The notes under the pieces are model-generated. The model was not told the DNA's origin, did no database searches, and worked only from the letters and a program-made list of their open reading frames with translations. Of a stretch of DNA of 64,000 bases, positions 1 to 13,449 are shown piece by piece (position 1 is the first letter of the stretch; every line of letters starts with the position of its first letter). The stretch lies in the NCBI GenBank assembly GCA_965112155.1, contig OZ218114.1, one strand, 5' to 3'. Position numbers and translations under genes: made by a program. This DNA comes from Podarcis liolepis. Taxonomy: Eukaryota.

Positions 1-890
1 CCATGTTAATAGGTACCATAGTTTCACAGAGTCTGTAAATGCAGAGTTTACCTTTAACCCTTAAAAAAAGAAAAGAACCAGGATTTCTACACTTCAGCCA
101 AGAATTACTTTACAATTGCTAACCAGCATTGCTATGACTGCCCCACTACAGATTCAGAAATTCTCAAAAAAGCAAAAACAGCAATGAATTTCCTGTCAAA
201 AACAGCTTAAAAACGAGGGTAAGACTTCAAAATGTGTAAGATTCAGCTTGTGGGAAACTTGCTCACTAAAAAACTGCATTCTCCAGAAGTCAGGACTTGC
301 ACCCTAACTTACTCCCCACCCTTTCAAGTCCTTCACTGCCTTTGGTTTCCCAGCTCCCGTAAAAGAAGCCAAGCACCAAAAAATCCTCCTTGCGGGTGAA
401 CCAAAATGTGTGATTAAGCCTTATTTCTACTGACATGCAAGTAACCCTCCAAACAAGTGGGGGGTTTTGTTGCTTTTTTGTTTTAAGGGCCAGTTCTTTT
501 TAAAGCCACAGAGCTAACAAAACAAAATACTTCACGTGTGTTAAAATTTGTCAGACCGGCAGTTTGTCCAGACTGGGGTACGTGGATTTTTGGAACAGAC
601 CTGGTTAGTGAAGGGCTGGACTTAAAAATGCCTATAACAGAATGTGACCAATAAAAGGATGATTGAACAATGCTTGCTCCTTGGAAAAAAGATGAATTGG
701 GGGGCATTTCTTTCTTTTAGAGCTCTTCAAATTAAGGGGGCAGCTTCCAAACTGAAGCTGGCTTCAAAACTCTGTAACAAGAGCAGGCTTTTGCATGTCA
801 GCAGGTGGATTTAACATGCGGTTGTAAGGTTATCTAGAAGCTTGCAAAGTACCTGCTAGCATAAGTGGTTCCCCTCCTCCTGTTTCCTTC

Positions 891-892
891 CT

Positions 893-938
<46 letters not shown>
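891..938. repeat. (TTTC)n microsatellite, ~12 units
   Basis: Read directly. Confidence 0.95.
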
Positions 939-939
<1 letters not shown>

Positions 940-1505
940 ACAGTGCTTTCTTTGGAGCACTGCAAACTCTGCTCTCATGTCCCATCACATCTGACCATCC
1001 TGTGGCTCCCTGTCCTGCTTTCAGACCTTTTCGCTAACTGGAAAGGAGAGGGAATCACACCACTATTACCCAGTTTGCTGCACACTCACCAACTACCAGG
1101 GAAAGCAGGGGAGGAGAGAGGACACCCTCAGATATTGTGGACATCGCACAAGCCTGATAAACCACAACCAAAGCCAACAGAAAGCTGAACTGTCAGGAGT
1201 CAACTGGGAGATTGAGTCCAACTGTCCAGTTAAGAGCTACGTTCAAGCAAGACCGACAGACTCCCTAAGACACATTTTGCATGGAAAGCATTAAGCTCCA
1301 AGTGTTAGAATGCAATAGAACTCCAACAACCATTTCTTTAAAAAAAAAAAATACACGTCACATCATACCAAGGTTTCTCTTCCTATATTGCAGCTTGTTA
1401 GTATCAGGATACTAACCTCTTTTTTTTTTAACGTGATAGGAAGCCAAAATAAAAATATATCCTATTGATTTGGCAAATATATAATGACGAGAAAAAACTG
1501 GAAGT

Positions 1506-1511
1506 TTTAAT
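1506..1511 (-). terminator. Candidate proximal polyadenylation signal ATTAAA
   Basis: Plus-strand tttaat reads ATTAAA on the mRNA strand, ~550 nt after the stop and followed by U-rich sequence. Usage not shown. Confidence 0.35.
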
Positions 1512-1734
1512 TAGTTTCCATTAATTACATAAGGTTCTAAGTTGCAGCCTTGTTTATCTAGTATCCTTAGATTTCTTAAGCACACTTAAGTGATGTTGTT
1601 ACAGAGATACGTGTTTCTTGAAAGAGCCCTCCCCACCCCACCCAAAAAAAGAATCCGTATGAGAGTCACTAGTTATAGGCACCACCCAACAGAAGAGAAC
1701 GGGTGTTCAGTTTATCCAGCACAGAACGGGATTT

Positions 1735-1760
1735 TGCTGCTGCTGCTGCTGCTGCTGCTG
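1735..1760. repeat. (CTG)n tract, ~8 units, reading (CAG)n in the 3' UTR
   Basis: Read directly. Confidence 0.9.
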
Positions 1761-1831
1761 GTTTAAGTGCCCTTAATTCAACCAACCAGCTTCTGCCTTC
1801 GCAGGTCTGATGTGACCAATGCCAGCCCATG

Positions 1832-1989
1832 NNNNNNNNNNNNNNNNNNNNNNNNNNNNNNNNNNNNNNNNNNNNNNNNNNNNNNNNNNNNNNNNNNNNN
1901 NNNNNNNNNNNNNNNNNNNNNNNNNNNNNNNNNNNNNNNNNNNNNNNNNNNNNNNNNNNNNNNNNNNNNNNNNNNNNNNNNNNNNNNNN
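1832..1989. other. Assembly gap (158 N) in the 3' UTR
   Basis: Run of N. Confidence 1.
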
Positions 1990-2061
1990 ATGGGTAACCA
2001 TGGTATCCGAGTGCATCCAGAGGGGGAGGGAAAGAGGGGGGTGGGCCAGGTGTGAATTCAA

Positions 2062-2196
<135 letters not shown>

Positions 2197-3365
2197 TCAG
2201 TACTAGAGCTGAAAAATGTCCATGATGCTGGATCAGCCAGAATATTTTAAAATTCAGTACATATACTGTGAGTGGCCACGGCAAAACTTTATTGTTTCCT
2301 ACACTGTAGAGTTTATGCCTGAAGGGAACCTGCTAGGACTTGCCGGCTTTCACTGTTTTCCTTTAGCTTTTCATCAAAAACCTGTATTTTGAGGCAGTGG
2401 AGAAACTGCCTCCGAGTGTCCTCTTGGGTGAGGGTTGTATTAATTGAGGGTTCCAAAAACACACTTGCTCCTCCTCCCTAAGGAACCTTGAGAAGTGCAG
2501 TCTGTTCACAGATCTGTGAAAGGAGGAGATACCCAGCTTACCCTAAACTACAGCCCTCATTATTTCCCCCTCTCACAGGGACAGCCATGCCAGCAGATGA
2601 TGCATACTATTAGTGTAAACTAACAGTGCAGACATACCTTTACTCTGCCCTCCTCCTCCTAACATTTTTTTAAAAGAAAAATTATGGTGCCACTGATGCA
2701 ACGCACCTTGAGTTATGTCAGCAAACGACTAGCTGAAAGGCCCACGTCACAGATCAGCCATCAGCCATCATTAGCAGTACAGTCAGCACAGCAAGTCAGG
2801 GATGGCTAGCCAATAAATGTAAAGCAGCTTGGCTTTTATGGGTCCTGTGAACTGGAGAGGTGGGGGCAGAGGAACAACCAGCTCTGAACAAAGGAACAGG
2901 AAACAGGGAACCTCTACCTCAAGGGATATAAAGGAGCTTCGCTCCTGTTGAAACCAGCTTCAGTTTTCATTATGCCTGTACAAGCAACTAATTTTCCCAC
3001 TTTTTCCTTTGCTTGAAAAAAAGGTTGCTGCACAGAAACAAATGAAACCCAACTGTCTTCACTAGCTTGGCAAAACACTACTAGCATATACTTTCCCTGT
3101 AACTTCCAACATGCCCCCTTCCCCTTTCTTCTTTTGTGAAGAGAGGGAGGCCAGACATTTTTTGTAGCATGGGGACTTTTAAGCCAGCCTGACACAGGTA
3201 TATTTTGACAGTCTAGAGAGTATTTAATGCAGTGCAGTGCATCCCTTCTTAGCTGAAGAGTGGTGCCACTGGTTTATGCGCCGGGCTCCAGGTAAAGACC
3301 AACCTACAAAGAAGACGTAGGTCTGTACTCAGCTGCGCTGTGCTGGAATAAGTGCACATACATAC

Positions 3366-3522
3366 CCAACGAGGTAACAAAGTGTTCGTGCGCATTGAGA
3401 GTCTTCATGCATCTTTTGTTCTTGTAGTCCCAGACACGCAAGGTCTTGTCATCAGCACAGCTCAAAATAAATTTCCCCCCAGAATGGAACAGGACGCCAC
3501 GTACCCAGTTATCATGGCCCAC
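3366..3522 (-). CDS. PAFAH1B1: LIS1 exon 10: [16 protein letters not shown]...[10 protein letters not shown]
   Basis: 157 nt, cag acceptor and GTATG donor; WD40 repeat. Confidence 0.98.
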
Positions 3523-3713
3523 CTGTTGAGAGAGAAAAAATGGCACAAGGTCACAAGAGAGTATGTATTGTGTGCACACCTGAACATTCGCAACATGATT
3601 TGAAATCCAATGGTAAGATCATTCCACTACTTGCCCCAAACTAACCGCCTTGGAACTATAGGAAATTGAATTCCCCAGAAGAGGACAGGGCCCTGTGATG
3701 GATTATTCCTTCA

Positions 3714-3968
<255 letters not shown>

Positions 3969-5582
3969 CTATAAAGGAAAGAGAAGGAAATTACAAAAAT
4001 GAATACTTCAGGTGGTAGAAACGCAGACCCACCTTTGGAGTACCTGAGACCTAAAGCAAGCACAAAGAAAGTTGTGCTCCAGGTAAACAGGACTCAGAAG
4101 TCAATTAAACACTTTATGTTAATGAACACGGCAGCAACACTCACACACTTTTAAAACATAATTCTTTAGACTTTGCCAATGAACATAAAAAGTTGTTTAT
4201 GTTCAATTACAATTAATGATCTATTTAAAGAGAAGCTTGTTTTTCTAATGCACCAATACTACTGTCTGCATTTTTTTAAGCTTACAAATAGAGTTTAGCC
4301 ACTCAAAGAAATCTTAGAACTAGAAGCAAGTTTCCTACCCCTCAATAACGACATTGCCTGGGGTAACATGTGGGGCAGGGGAGAGAAATGTCCTCCAAGC
4401 ACTAGGCACTCCTGCCAAATTTGGCCTCCACTGGCTGTTTTCTTCTCTCTTACTCCCTCCCTTCAGTATCCAGCCTGAAGAAGAGTTCTCGAAAATTTAA
4501 AGTCACTAACTGGTGCGACTATTTAGCCCATTACCATAAAAAGTTATTATGCTACTGTTTTGGACTGTTAAGTTTTACACTGAGGCCACATTTCTATGTC
4601 AGATTGTCATGCCCACTGCCAATTATTCTGTTCACCGTTATTCTCCACCGAGGCTCACACCTCCTTCTTTCAAATACGTGTGTCTCCCCCCTTTCTCCTT
4701 TCACTCAAGACACCCACTAGAGCTGCTTAAGATACTCCCCCAAAATTCAACTGGGAAGTCTAAAAGAGAAGGGAACCAGGGACATCTATCATACGATCTT
4801 TTGCTCTTAGAACAAGAGAGATAAACGCAAAACTCCATAATCTATTGTTCACATTCAGCCAAAACGCATTAATCTCTCTTAAGAGTGTGGAATTCTTAAG
4901 TGTATGTGTCTCCCTTGTACATGCCTCCATTAATATCTAAGTCAGGATAGGCTCAGGCTAAAATGACTTCTTGAGCTTCACAACTCTCTTCACCTTCCAT
5001 GCCTTTCTTGGGCAATCATTTCTGCAACGAGCCAGTAGAGGGCAGAGGAGAGAAAGTGAAGCAGCTAAGCAGTCAGCTGAGAGATATGACCTTAAATCAC
5101 ACACACATACACCTTTTATTTTAAGTAAGTGAAAAAAGGGACCAGGTTCAAACTTGGCCACTGTTGAGTGATAGCATATGTCCACTGTGGTGCCCCAAAT
5201 AATTCAGAAAAGAAACGTCACTTCCATAAAGGGAGATAGCCTATTTCAAGAGGCCAAGTATGTAGGATTCTGACACGCTCTAGAAGAGCTCCAGAACACT
5301 GCACTGAGCAAGAAGGAGTAAGAGTCTAGTGCACTTGGGGAGAGGGATGTTCTTTAAAAAATGGGTTTTCAGTATGTAACCACACAAGTTTGCCCAAAGC
5401 CACCACCTCTTCCTTTTCGAGTTAAAAAAAAAAGGCTTTGAGCTTTAGATCAGATGTTTATCTGAATCAAAGGGGTGGAATGGCTGTGGGAGACAGCACC
5501 AGTATGTGATGGAAATCCGAAGCAACAAGACAGCCACTACAAATCCCACATGTCCATGCATGCCCCAATGAAGAGTAAGAGG

Positions 5583-5748
5583 NNNNNNNNNNNNNNNNNN
5601 NNNNNNNNNNNNNNNNNNNNNNNNNNNNNNNNNNNNNNNNNNNNNNNNNNNNNNNNNNNNNNNNNNNNNNNNNNNNNNNNNNNNNNNNNNNNNNNNNNNN
5701 NNNNNNNNNNNNNNNNNNNNNNNNNNNNNNNNNNNNNNNNNNNNNNNN
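5583..5748. other. Assembly gap (166 N) in intron 8, starting 8 nt after the exon 8 donor
   Basis: Run of N. Confidence 1.
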
Positions 5749-5750
5749 CT

Positions 5751-6068
<318 letters not shown>

Positions 6069-6243
6069 TTAGGGACAATGCTGGCGTTGCCAGCAGTTGT
6101 AAACAGAATGCTTTGATAAATGAAAGGTCTAAATTGAGTTGAAAGACTGGGGGAAGTTTCTGCGAATGGACAGGAAGAAAACAGCAGCTAGAACAAGGGG
6201 TTGAGCAGAAGGTTAAACCAAAGGCTATTTGGATCATTTAAAG

Positions 6244-6379
6244 CAGGCATCCCCAACCTTCGGCCCTCCAGATGTTTTGGACTACAATTCCCATCATTCC
6301 CGACCACTGGTCCTGTTAGCTAGGGATCATGGGAGTTGTAGGCCAAAACATCTGGAGGGCCGCAGGTTGGGGATGCTTG
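6244..6379. mobile_element. Palindromic hAT-type MITE
   Basis: TIRs CAGGCATCCCCAACCT / AGGTTGGGGATGCTTG; 8-bp TSD ATTTAAAG at 6236-6243 and 6380-6387. Confidence 0.9.
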
Positions 6380-6980
6380 ATTTAAAGAATCCATTTCCAA
6401 AAGGTAATACAAAATATATATCAGAAGGAGAAGTTGGGAGAATCCTCAACACTGAGGCAATCTTGAGACTCTCTTTAAAAATGAACATTAATTATGCCAC
6501 TTTCTTCTTCCCTCATACTGTTCTTTCTCCTTCTTAGCATTTCTACACTGGTGACACACTAGTTTGTCATTCCTTCTCTCAGAGATCTAATAGGATTCCA
6601 AGAAGCACCAAGCCACAGGATCGGAGGGAGGTATAACAGTTAAGCTTGTACAGAAGATATCCCTTTGCTTGCGGTCTTCTCCACCTTTCTGAATGTTTTA
6701 AGAGCAACTGCACCAAACCTTGCCTACATCAGGCTGTTCATCCATTCGTGAGCCCTATCCTACTTGCTGAAGACCAATGGCATATACCACTAGCCTTCCA
6801 AGATGTTGCAGACTACAATTCCCATATTTCCCAACTGCTGGCCATTCTGGCTGGGGCTGATGGGAGTTGAAGTCTAACAAGAGCACATGAGGTTCCCAAT
6901 CCCCATGCATTAGGGAGAATCTTCAAAAAGCAACCAGGCACTGTTTCTTCCATCACATGAACACATCTGCAAGGTCTTAC

Positions 6981-7083
6981 CCTGTTTGAACTTCCCACAT
7001 TTTGATGGTTTTATCCCTCGAGGCAGAGACTATATGATCCCCATTGGGCATGATGGCTACTGAAGAAACATTATGATCATGAC
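6981..7083 (-). CDS. PAFAH1B1: LIS1 exon 7: (G)[33 protein letters not shown](G)
   Basis: 103 nt, tag acceptor and GTAAGA donor. Not in the ORF track; translated by hand. Confidence 0.98.
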
Positions 7084-9316
7084 CTAGAAGAAGAAAACAA
7101 CACAACAAACACGCTCACATCAGGCTTCTACTGTGACTGTGTTAGCTCACAATGTGTGTGAAGAGTACTCGATTCACACAAGCGACAATAATCCTGTATA
7201 ACCCTCAATATGCAAACCAGGGACCCAACTGAGAGAAATACAGGATGTCTACAGTGGTTGTCTGGATATTAGAAGAAGTGTGCGGCATGGTTTCCAAAAA
7301 AGAATCTCGTGAATCTAAATTCTTCTTAAATGAACTTGAGCAAGAAACCAGGGCGCTTAAGGCACCCCCAAAACACACACATCCACACACCCACTGGCAG
7401 GCTGTAATGAGAAACATGAAACTATCATGGCTGCATTTCCCAGTTTCAAAGTCAGGCAAGGCAGGTGCGTTAGATGTTCAGCACTTTTGCCAGCAAGAGA
7501 GAAAGTGATGCTGCAGCAGCAATGAAGAGGGAGTGTGCAGTACCGTGTGTTCCAGGCAAGCAGGCATCAGGTGGTCATATATGAAATACTGAGAACACTC
7601 TGGTTGCCACATCTCAAAAATATACCATTGAGCTGGTAACAAAAGTTTGAAAGGGAGAGGCAAAAAGGTGCAAAGGTGGAAACACCATTGCCCCCTTGCC
7701 CAAATATTGCATGCATGCCAGAAGACCTGGGGAGGATATCACACAGCTCTCATCTTTGTACTACAAAATCTTAGGAGAAGCTGGAAGCAGCAACACTCTT
7801 CTTTAGAGGATTTCCTTGCTCCATCACTGCATGAAGAAGCAGACAAGGGGCAAGCAATGCGGGGAAATCTATTTATCCTGTTGGCTTTCGGGGCAAGCAG
7901 AAGCAGCCCAAGTCTTTCTTTCACAGCGAGGCTTGATTTGTATTGCTCCAAAGCTCCGTGTGGTGTAAGAAGCTTCTCTCAGATTCTAGAGAACTGGAAT
8001 GGGAGGGGAGCTTATGAAGATGTGCTCTCTCGCCAATGCTTCTCTGGGAAACAGCAACCATCATCTCCCATGCTGGGTCCAGTGACACAGTACTCCTTTC
8101 CACAGGCCGCAAATGCAGCTATAGAGGCACATTCTGCTTATACAGGCTCTTTAAGGACACTCCTAGGCAGCAACAAGAAATGGCCAGAATCGCTGCTTCT
8201 GCTATTTTTCCCTGGTAAGAAAGGCAGACAGCTGCCTCCAGAAAGCTGAACAGAGCAGGAGGGGATTGCACATGAAGCAGAATTCACATTTGCAAAACTC
8301 TAGCCTAGCCTAATTCACCCAATCCCTTTCAAGTCATATTTTCCCATTTCAAATGTTGAGTCCTTCACATTGTTTTGAGCAGTTAACAATGCTTCAAACA
8401 AGCAAGCTATGGTCTGAACACAGAAGGCAGGCAGGTTTCAACTATGGAGCAAAAATTATGCCCTCCTTGGGAAATATCCAAGATTCTTATATAGCTGGCA
8501 ACAGAATGAACCAAAATGTGATGCTTCCCATGGGTACTTCAGCTCTAACCATACTATACAGTAGAGCAAGATTGCCTCGTCTCATTTCCCAGCAAGCTAA
8601 GGAAATGGGCCCATATTAAAGCCTTACAGCTCCCACTTCGTCCAACTAGCAATAGGGAACACAAGCCTATTAACATTTCAAGCACAGACTGCAAAATATA
8701 CCCAGGATACTGACCAGGTAACAACCATCTTTTTATCTAATAACTCAAAATGCAAACATGGTGGGTCTGTGTTTTGACTATACAAATTTCAGATTGCAAG
8801 TGACAGCCCCCATGATTATCTTCTTTCATACAGAACAATTCTCTGCTGGAGAGTCAGAGAGACAGCTAAGCTAGAATCATTCTTTCCAACAACTAGCTTT
8901 ACATGTGCAGTAATTTTTATTGAGAGGAGAGCATTCAATCGTGTGGTGCCCTCCCCTCCACATGTCTGCTGACTGAAGTGGTATAGTTCAGCCATGAGTT
9001 TACCACATCATATGTGTAAGGCAGGGGTGGGAAACCTCCAGCCCTCCCCCATTTGACCTGCAAAGCCAAAGCCGTGCCTATCTGCCCAGTACACCATCAG
9101 GTGTGGGGCGGGCACCCTCAATCAGCTGATTAGCAGCATCTGCAAAGCACGCTGAAAGGGATTTCTCAGGACCCAATAATCAGCTGAGAAGCCCCTTGCA
9201 AATCGCTATCTTGCAGCATCCCCCCCCCCCCCAACCTTGGTTTAAGAGTTCTGCATCCCCTTCCTAATTTCAGTTTCAAGAAAAGGGCAAGTCTGGACTG
9301 GTTTGATTTTAACTCA

Positions 9317-9517
<201 letters not shown>

Positions 9518-10054
9518 CTAGGAAGCAGACAAAGAAATTGATGAACATCTGCCCTCACAATATATATATATTTCTTCCAGGCTCTCATTTGCATTCAAAG
9601 CAGCTCTCTGGCACTCTGTTCAACATTAATTCAAAATGGAAGAAAGAAATGGAGCAAGGGAAGAACCAGTAACATTTTCAAAGGGTATAGTGACTTTTCA
9701 AATTAATTAGACAATAAGCAGCACCTCTCCTTCTCTCTCCACCCAACCCATTTCCAAGATAAATCAATAAGCCAGAAGACAGCACATTTTGCTGCTCTTC
9801 CTGTTGCCTTAAACAAGAGCAGACCCCCTTTCTATGGGATGATGCACGTTTTATTTGTGTAGACACATAAAACTCCTGCTTTCTATGAGACAAAAGCAAT
9901 ATTCAGACATACCAAGGTAGAATACTTTATTTTAAATTCTTGAATATCTGCCTTGCACACATTGGCAACCAAGAATAAAGCCAGAACAAAAAAAATGGGA
10001 GGAACCAGTCACCCAAATGGGTCATTGGATGCAGGGCAGGACACAAGTTTTTAA

Positions 10055-10605
10055 AATATTATTATTCCATTTGCCTTCACCCAAAGGTCCCAGCATTGGT
10101 CACAACAATTAAAACAGAGTTATAAAAAAACAGTTTAAAGCAACTTAAAACTACAGAAATAAAGTGGGTCCTAAAAATATACATTCTCAAGTGTCAAAAG
10201 CCAGAGGTGTATCTTCAGCATTTGCCATGAACTATATAATGAAAATGCCAGACACATCTTTGTCAGTAGTGACTTCCACAACTTAGGGCCTGCCAAAGAA
10301 AATGCCCTCTCTTGGGCCATGCCCCCCTTTTTGAGGGACGTGGAACTACCAAGAGGGCCTCCTCTGCCAATCTTAGCAGCCAAGGGGGTCTGTAGGGAAC
10401 GAGTCAGTCTTTAAAGCAGTATTCCCAACTGGTGTTCTGCAGACATTCATGTAACAAAAACTACCATAGAGTTTTCAAAAGTAGGGGCTTGGCTTTTGAA
10501 AAACAGGGGATCTGCTGTACTTAGCTAATTGGGAACCACTGCTTTAAAGCAGTGGCCAAGTGGCCTTAAGCAGTGGCCTTAAATGGCCAAGCCATTTAAG
10601 GATCT
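10055..10605 (-). mobile_element. Degraded L2-like LINE 3' fragment interrupted by a MITE
   Basis: Minus-strand translation ERAFSLAGPKLWKSL resembles the L2 ORF2 C-terminal motif RAFSxAAPxLWNSLP; AT-rich tail. Confidence 0.65.
10417..10541. mobile_element. hAT-type MITE
   Basis: Ends CAGTATTCCCAA...TTGGGAACCACTG; 8-bp TSD CTTTAAAG at 10409-10416 and 10542-10549. Confidence 0.8.
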
Positions 10606-12229
10606 GTCTTGTGATTACCCCATCCTCCACTGTTCAACTCAGTCTCTTGTGACTCCAGAGGAAAAGGTGTGCTGGGGTTTGTTTTTGTTTTTCATGGGTC
10701 ATGTATGAAAAACCCAATTGCTTCAGGTGATGTATTAAAACAATATATTATACGACACAGCCCTTAAGTATTAATATATTCACTACAAGTCTGGCCAGTG
10801 CCTCCTTGCTTGCCAGCCTCTCCCCACTAATTGTGCCAAAGATATTTGACTGTACCAATGCCAGCCCCAGCAACTCCTTATATGCAGAGTAAAAGTGGCT
10901 AAGAGACAGAGAAGTTCAGGGAATGGGGGAAGAGTCCTCTGAGGGGAAAGGAACAGAGATGAATGTAAAAGGACATGGAAGCAGGGATGAAAGAAACTAG
11001 CAGTTGTGGGGAAGGAATAAGGGACAAGTTGAGTGGAAAAGGAGAATGAGGAAAGACATTACAGGAGCTGGGCTAAAATACTTATGAGAGGCATGTGGGG
11101 GTGGGAACAAAAAAATATAGAAGAAAAGCTGTCTCCAATTAAAGACACTAGATGAGCAAACACTGCCTGAAATAGGGAGGCTGAATCACAATGCCTCCAA
11201 GAACAAATGTCTGCACTTAGCTTGAGGAAAGTTGAGCTATAGAACTCAACCTGCCACAAGGAAAATGCTGTGGCAAAGTATTTAGCTACTTCCAATGATG
11301 CATTAATATCAGAAGAAAGTTATGCTAGTATTTGCCAGCTGATTGTGCCAAACTCTGCTTCCATCTGCCACACTTTTATAACTGGTTCTGCCCCCAGGAC
11401 CCCAATTTTGACTGGCGGGCCTGAGTTTTTTAGCCATCCCAAGTGGGCCCTGGGTAGAAAGTATGAGGACCCTTGTTCTAAGCAAAAATTCTTCCACCAA
11501 CAAAATATGGGCCCAGTACTCACCAAGGTGACCAACCTGTGTTCTAGCAGTTCAGTGACTGAATGCTCCTCCACACAATAATCACCACCATTATCCCTGC
11601 CTACAGAAAGCTAGCATGTCAGGGGGAAGCCTAGCCCTTTGTGGAGGGAATCTGTGTTGTGTATAGAAGAGCAATAGTTATGGCCCAAAGTGAAGCCTCA
11701 GAGCGAAGATAACAGGTTGACCACCTCATTGAGAATGAAGCTATAACGAGATTCAGGCTCCAGCAAGCTTCCACATGAATGAGTCCCAAAGACTGGAAAC
11801 TACTATCAACATACTCATCATGTGTTCTTGGTGTTCTTACTAAGGGCCACAATACTACAGTACCATAAGTGGCATACTTGAAGAATCCTAAGCTGTTTAA
11901 GATTGTGCATTATATTGTGCCCAGGAGTGTGCCTGCAGCAAACAAACGCAGCTTCGAAGAGTGGGTGAGAATAGTACACCAACCCATGCCAGCTTCAGGA
12001 GGCAAACCACCAGGCTGTGTATTAACTGAAGCTTCTACATTTCTATGGGTGACCACAAACACAGAATGCCATTTTGCAAAATATATATATATATTATTTA
12101 GGCTAATACAGTCCAAAAAGCACAATGGGAGCCATATCCCAATTCTGATCAGCTCACACCTCCTGTGTCAATAGCCTGCAGCATCCCCTTGAGGTGCACA
12201 GACAGACCAGGTTTATAGAAGAGTCTTAC

Positions 12230-12436
12230 CTTTATTGTGGCATCCTCTGAAGCAGAAACCATAACACTGAAAACTGGATGGAAAATTACTCTTGTGACAG
12301 GACTCCTGTGTCCACTCAACGCATACTTTTCTGGAGGACGAGGGATCCATTCTTTAGGGTCTCGCTTCTGACCAAGTGGTCCACCTGAAGTAAATTCTTC
12401 CTTAGCTTCATTTAGTTTGGATTCCAATTCCATAAC
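12230..12436 (-). CDS. PAFAH1B1: LIS1 exon 5: [19 protein letters not shown]...SASEDATIK
   Basis: 207 nt, tag acceptor and GTAAGA donor. Confidence 0.98.
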
Positions 12437-13374
12437 CTAAATGGTTTTGGAGAGAGGGCAGGGAGAGAGGAGTGGAGAGAACAAACAAAAGTGTAAGACA
12501 AACAAAAGGTGATACCTGGTGATCAACTTTGTGATATATCACCAGCTAAACATCATGATATACTGATATATCACAATGTCTGAAATAAGACCTTGCAAGT
12601 CCTGAAGGACCAACACACATTGACCATCACCAAATCTACAGCAGCCCTGGAACTGTGCCACACAGCTCTCAAATTATCTCCAAGTACAAGCTGTAACAGC
12701 TAAAAGGAACCGAACAAAACCTGAGAGCCACAGGAAAATACCCGTCTGGTTATCTTGAAATCAATCCAACCCTCCTTAGCTCATTTTAGAGAAAATGTGT
12801 TTGTCGTCATTTTTACTTTACCTGAACTTTGTTCCGTTAGATATGAGTGTAAGTCTACTGCTCTGTCATTCCTTCCTTATCGGCCAGAATTTTTCTCTTT
12901 CCTGCATTTTGAATCAAATATCCTTGCTACGATTACCTTTAACAATGCTGCTTGTGTTTGTTTAAAGCAAAAACCTGCCAAGGCTTCAGCTGGATCCTAT
13001 CTCCTACATACCTCCTAGCCTTGAGACCAGTGGGCACATTTAGAGGAATTAGGAGACTAGAGTTGGGTGATACTGGTGTTCAACTTTGTAATATATCAAC
13101 AGCTAAACATCATGATATACTGATATATCACAATGTCTGAAATAAGAATGGAGCTATGTGGAGGCATTGGCTGACTTCACGGTTTTTCACACATTGTGAT
13201 TCTTGCATAGCACACACAGACATAAATCATGATTTGCAATACATTGTCAGGTCAAAAATTATAAAACCGGTTATCATAGTATGGACTTCCAACCGGATAC
13301 GTTGTTTTGCATACTTCTTTTAAAAGCACTGCAGCTGTGTTGCCAGCAATATACCAACTGAGCCTTGTACTTAC

Positions 13375-13449
13375 CTTCTTTTGTAATCTTATAACTGATG
13401 TCCATTTCTTTTCCAAGAGTCCAGCATACTTCTTATCTAACTCTTCATT
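13375..13449 (-). CDS. PAFAH1B1: LIS1 exon 4: [25 protein letters not shown]
   Basis: 75 nt, cag acceptor and GTAAGT donor; translated by hand. Confidence 0.98.

Larger units (their letters stand above)
1..2061 (-). other. PAFAH1B1: PAFAH1B1 3' UTR (exon 11, non-coding; true end not determined)
   Basis: Lies directly downstream of the stop codon, contains no recognisable transposon, and vertebrate LIS1 mRNAs have multi-kb 3' UTRs. Confidence 0.75.

Noticed and set aside
7647-8249. 200-aa plus-strand ORF in intron 6
   Set aside because: Non-ATG start, no recognisable domain, antisense in an intron; consistent with a chance ORF.
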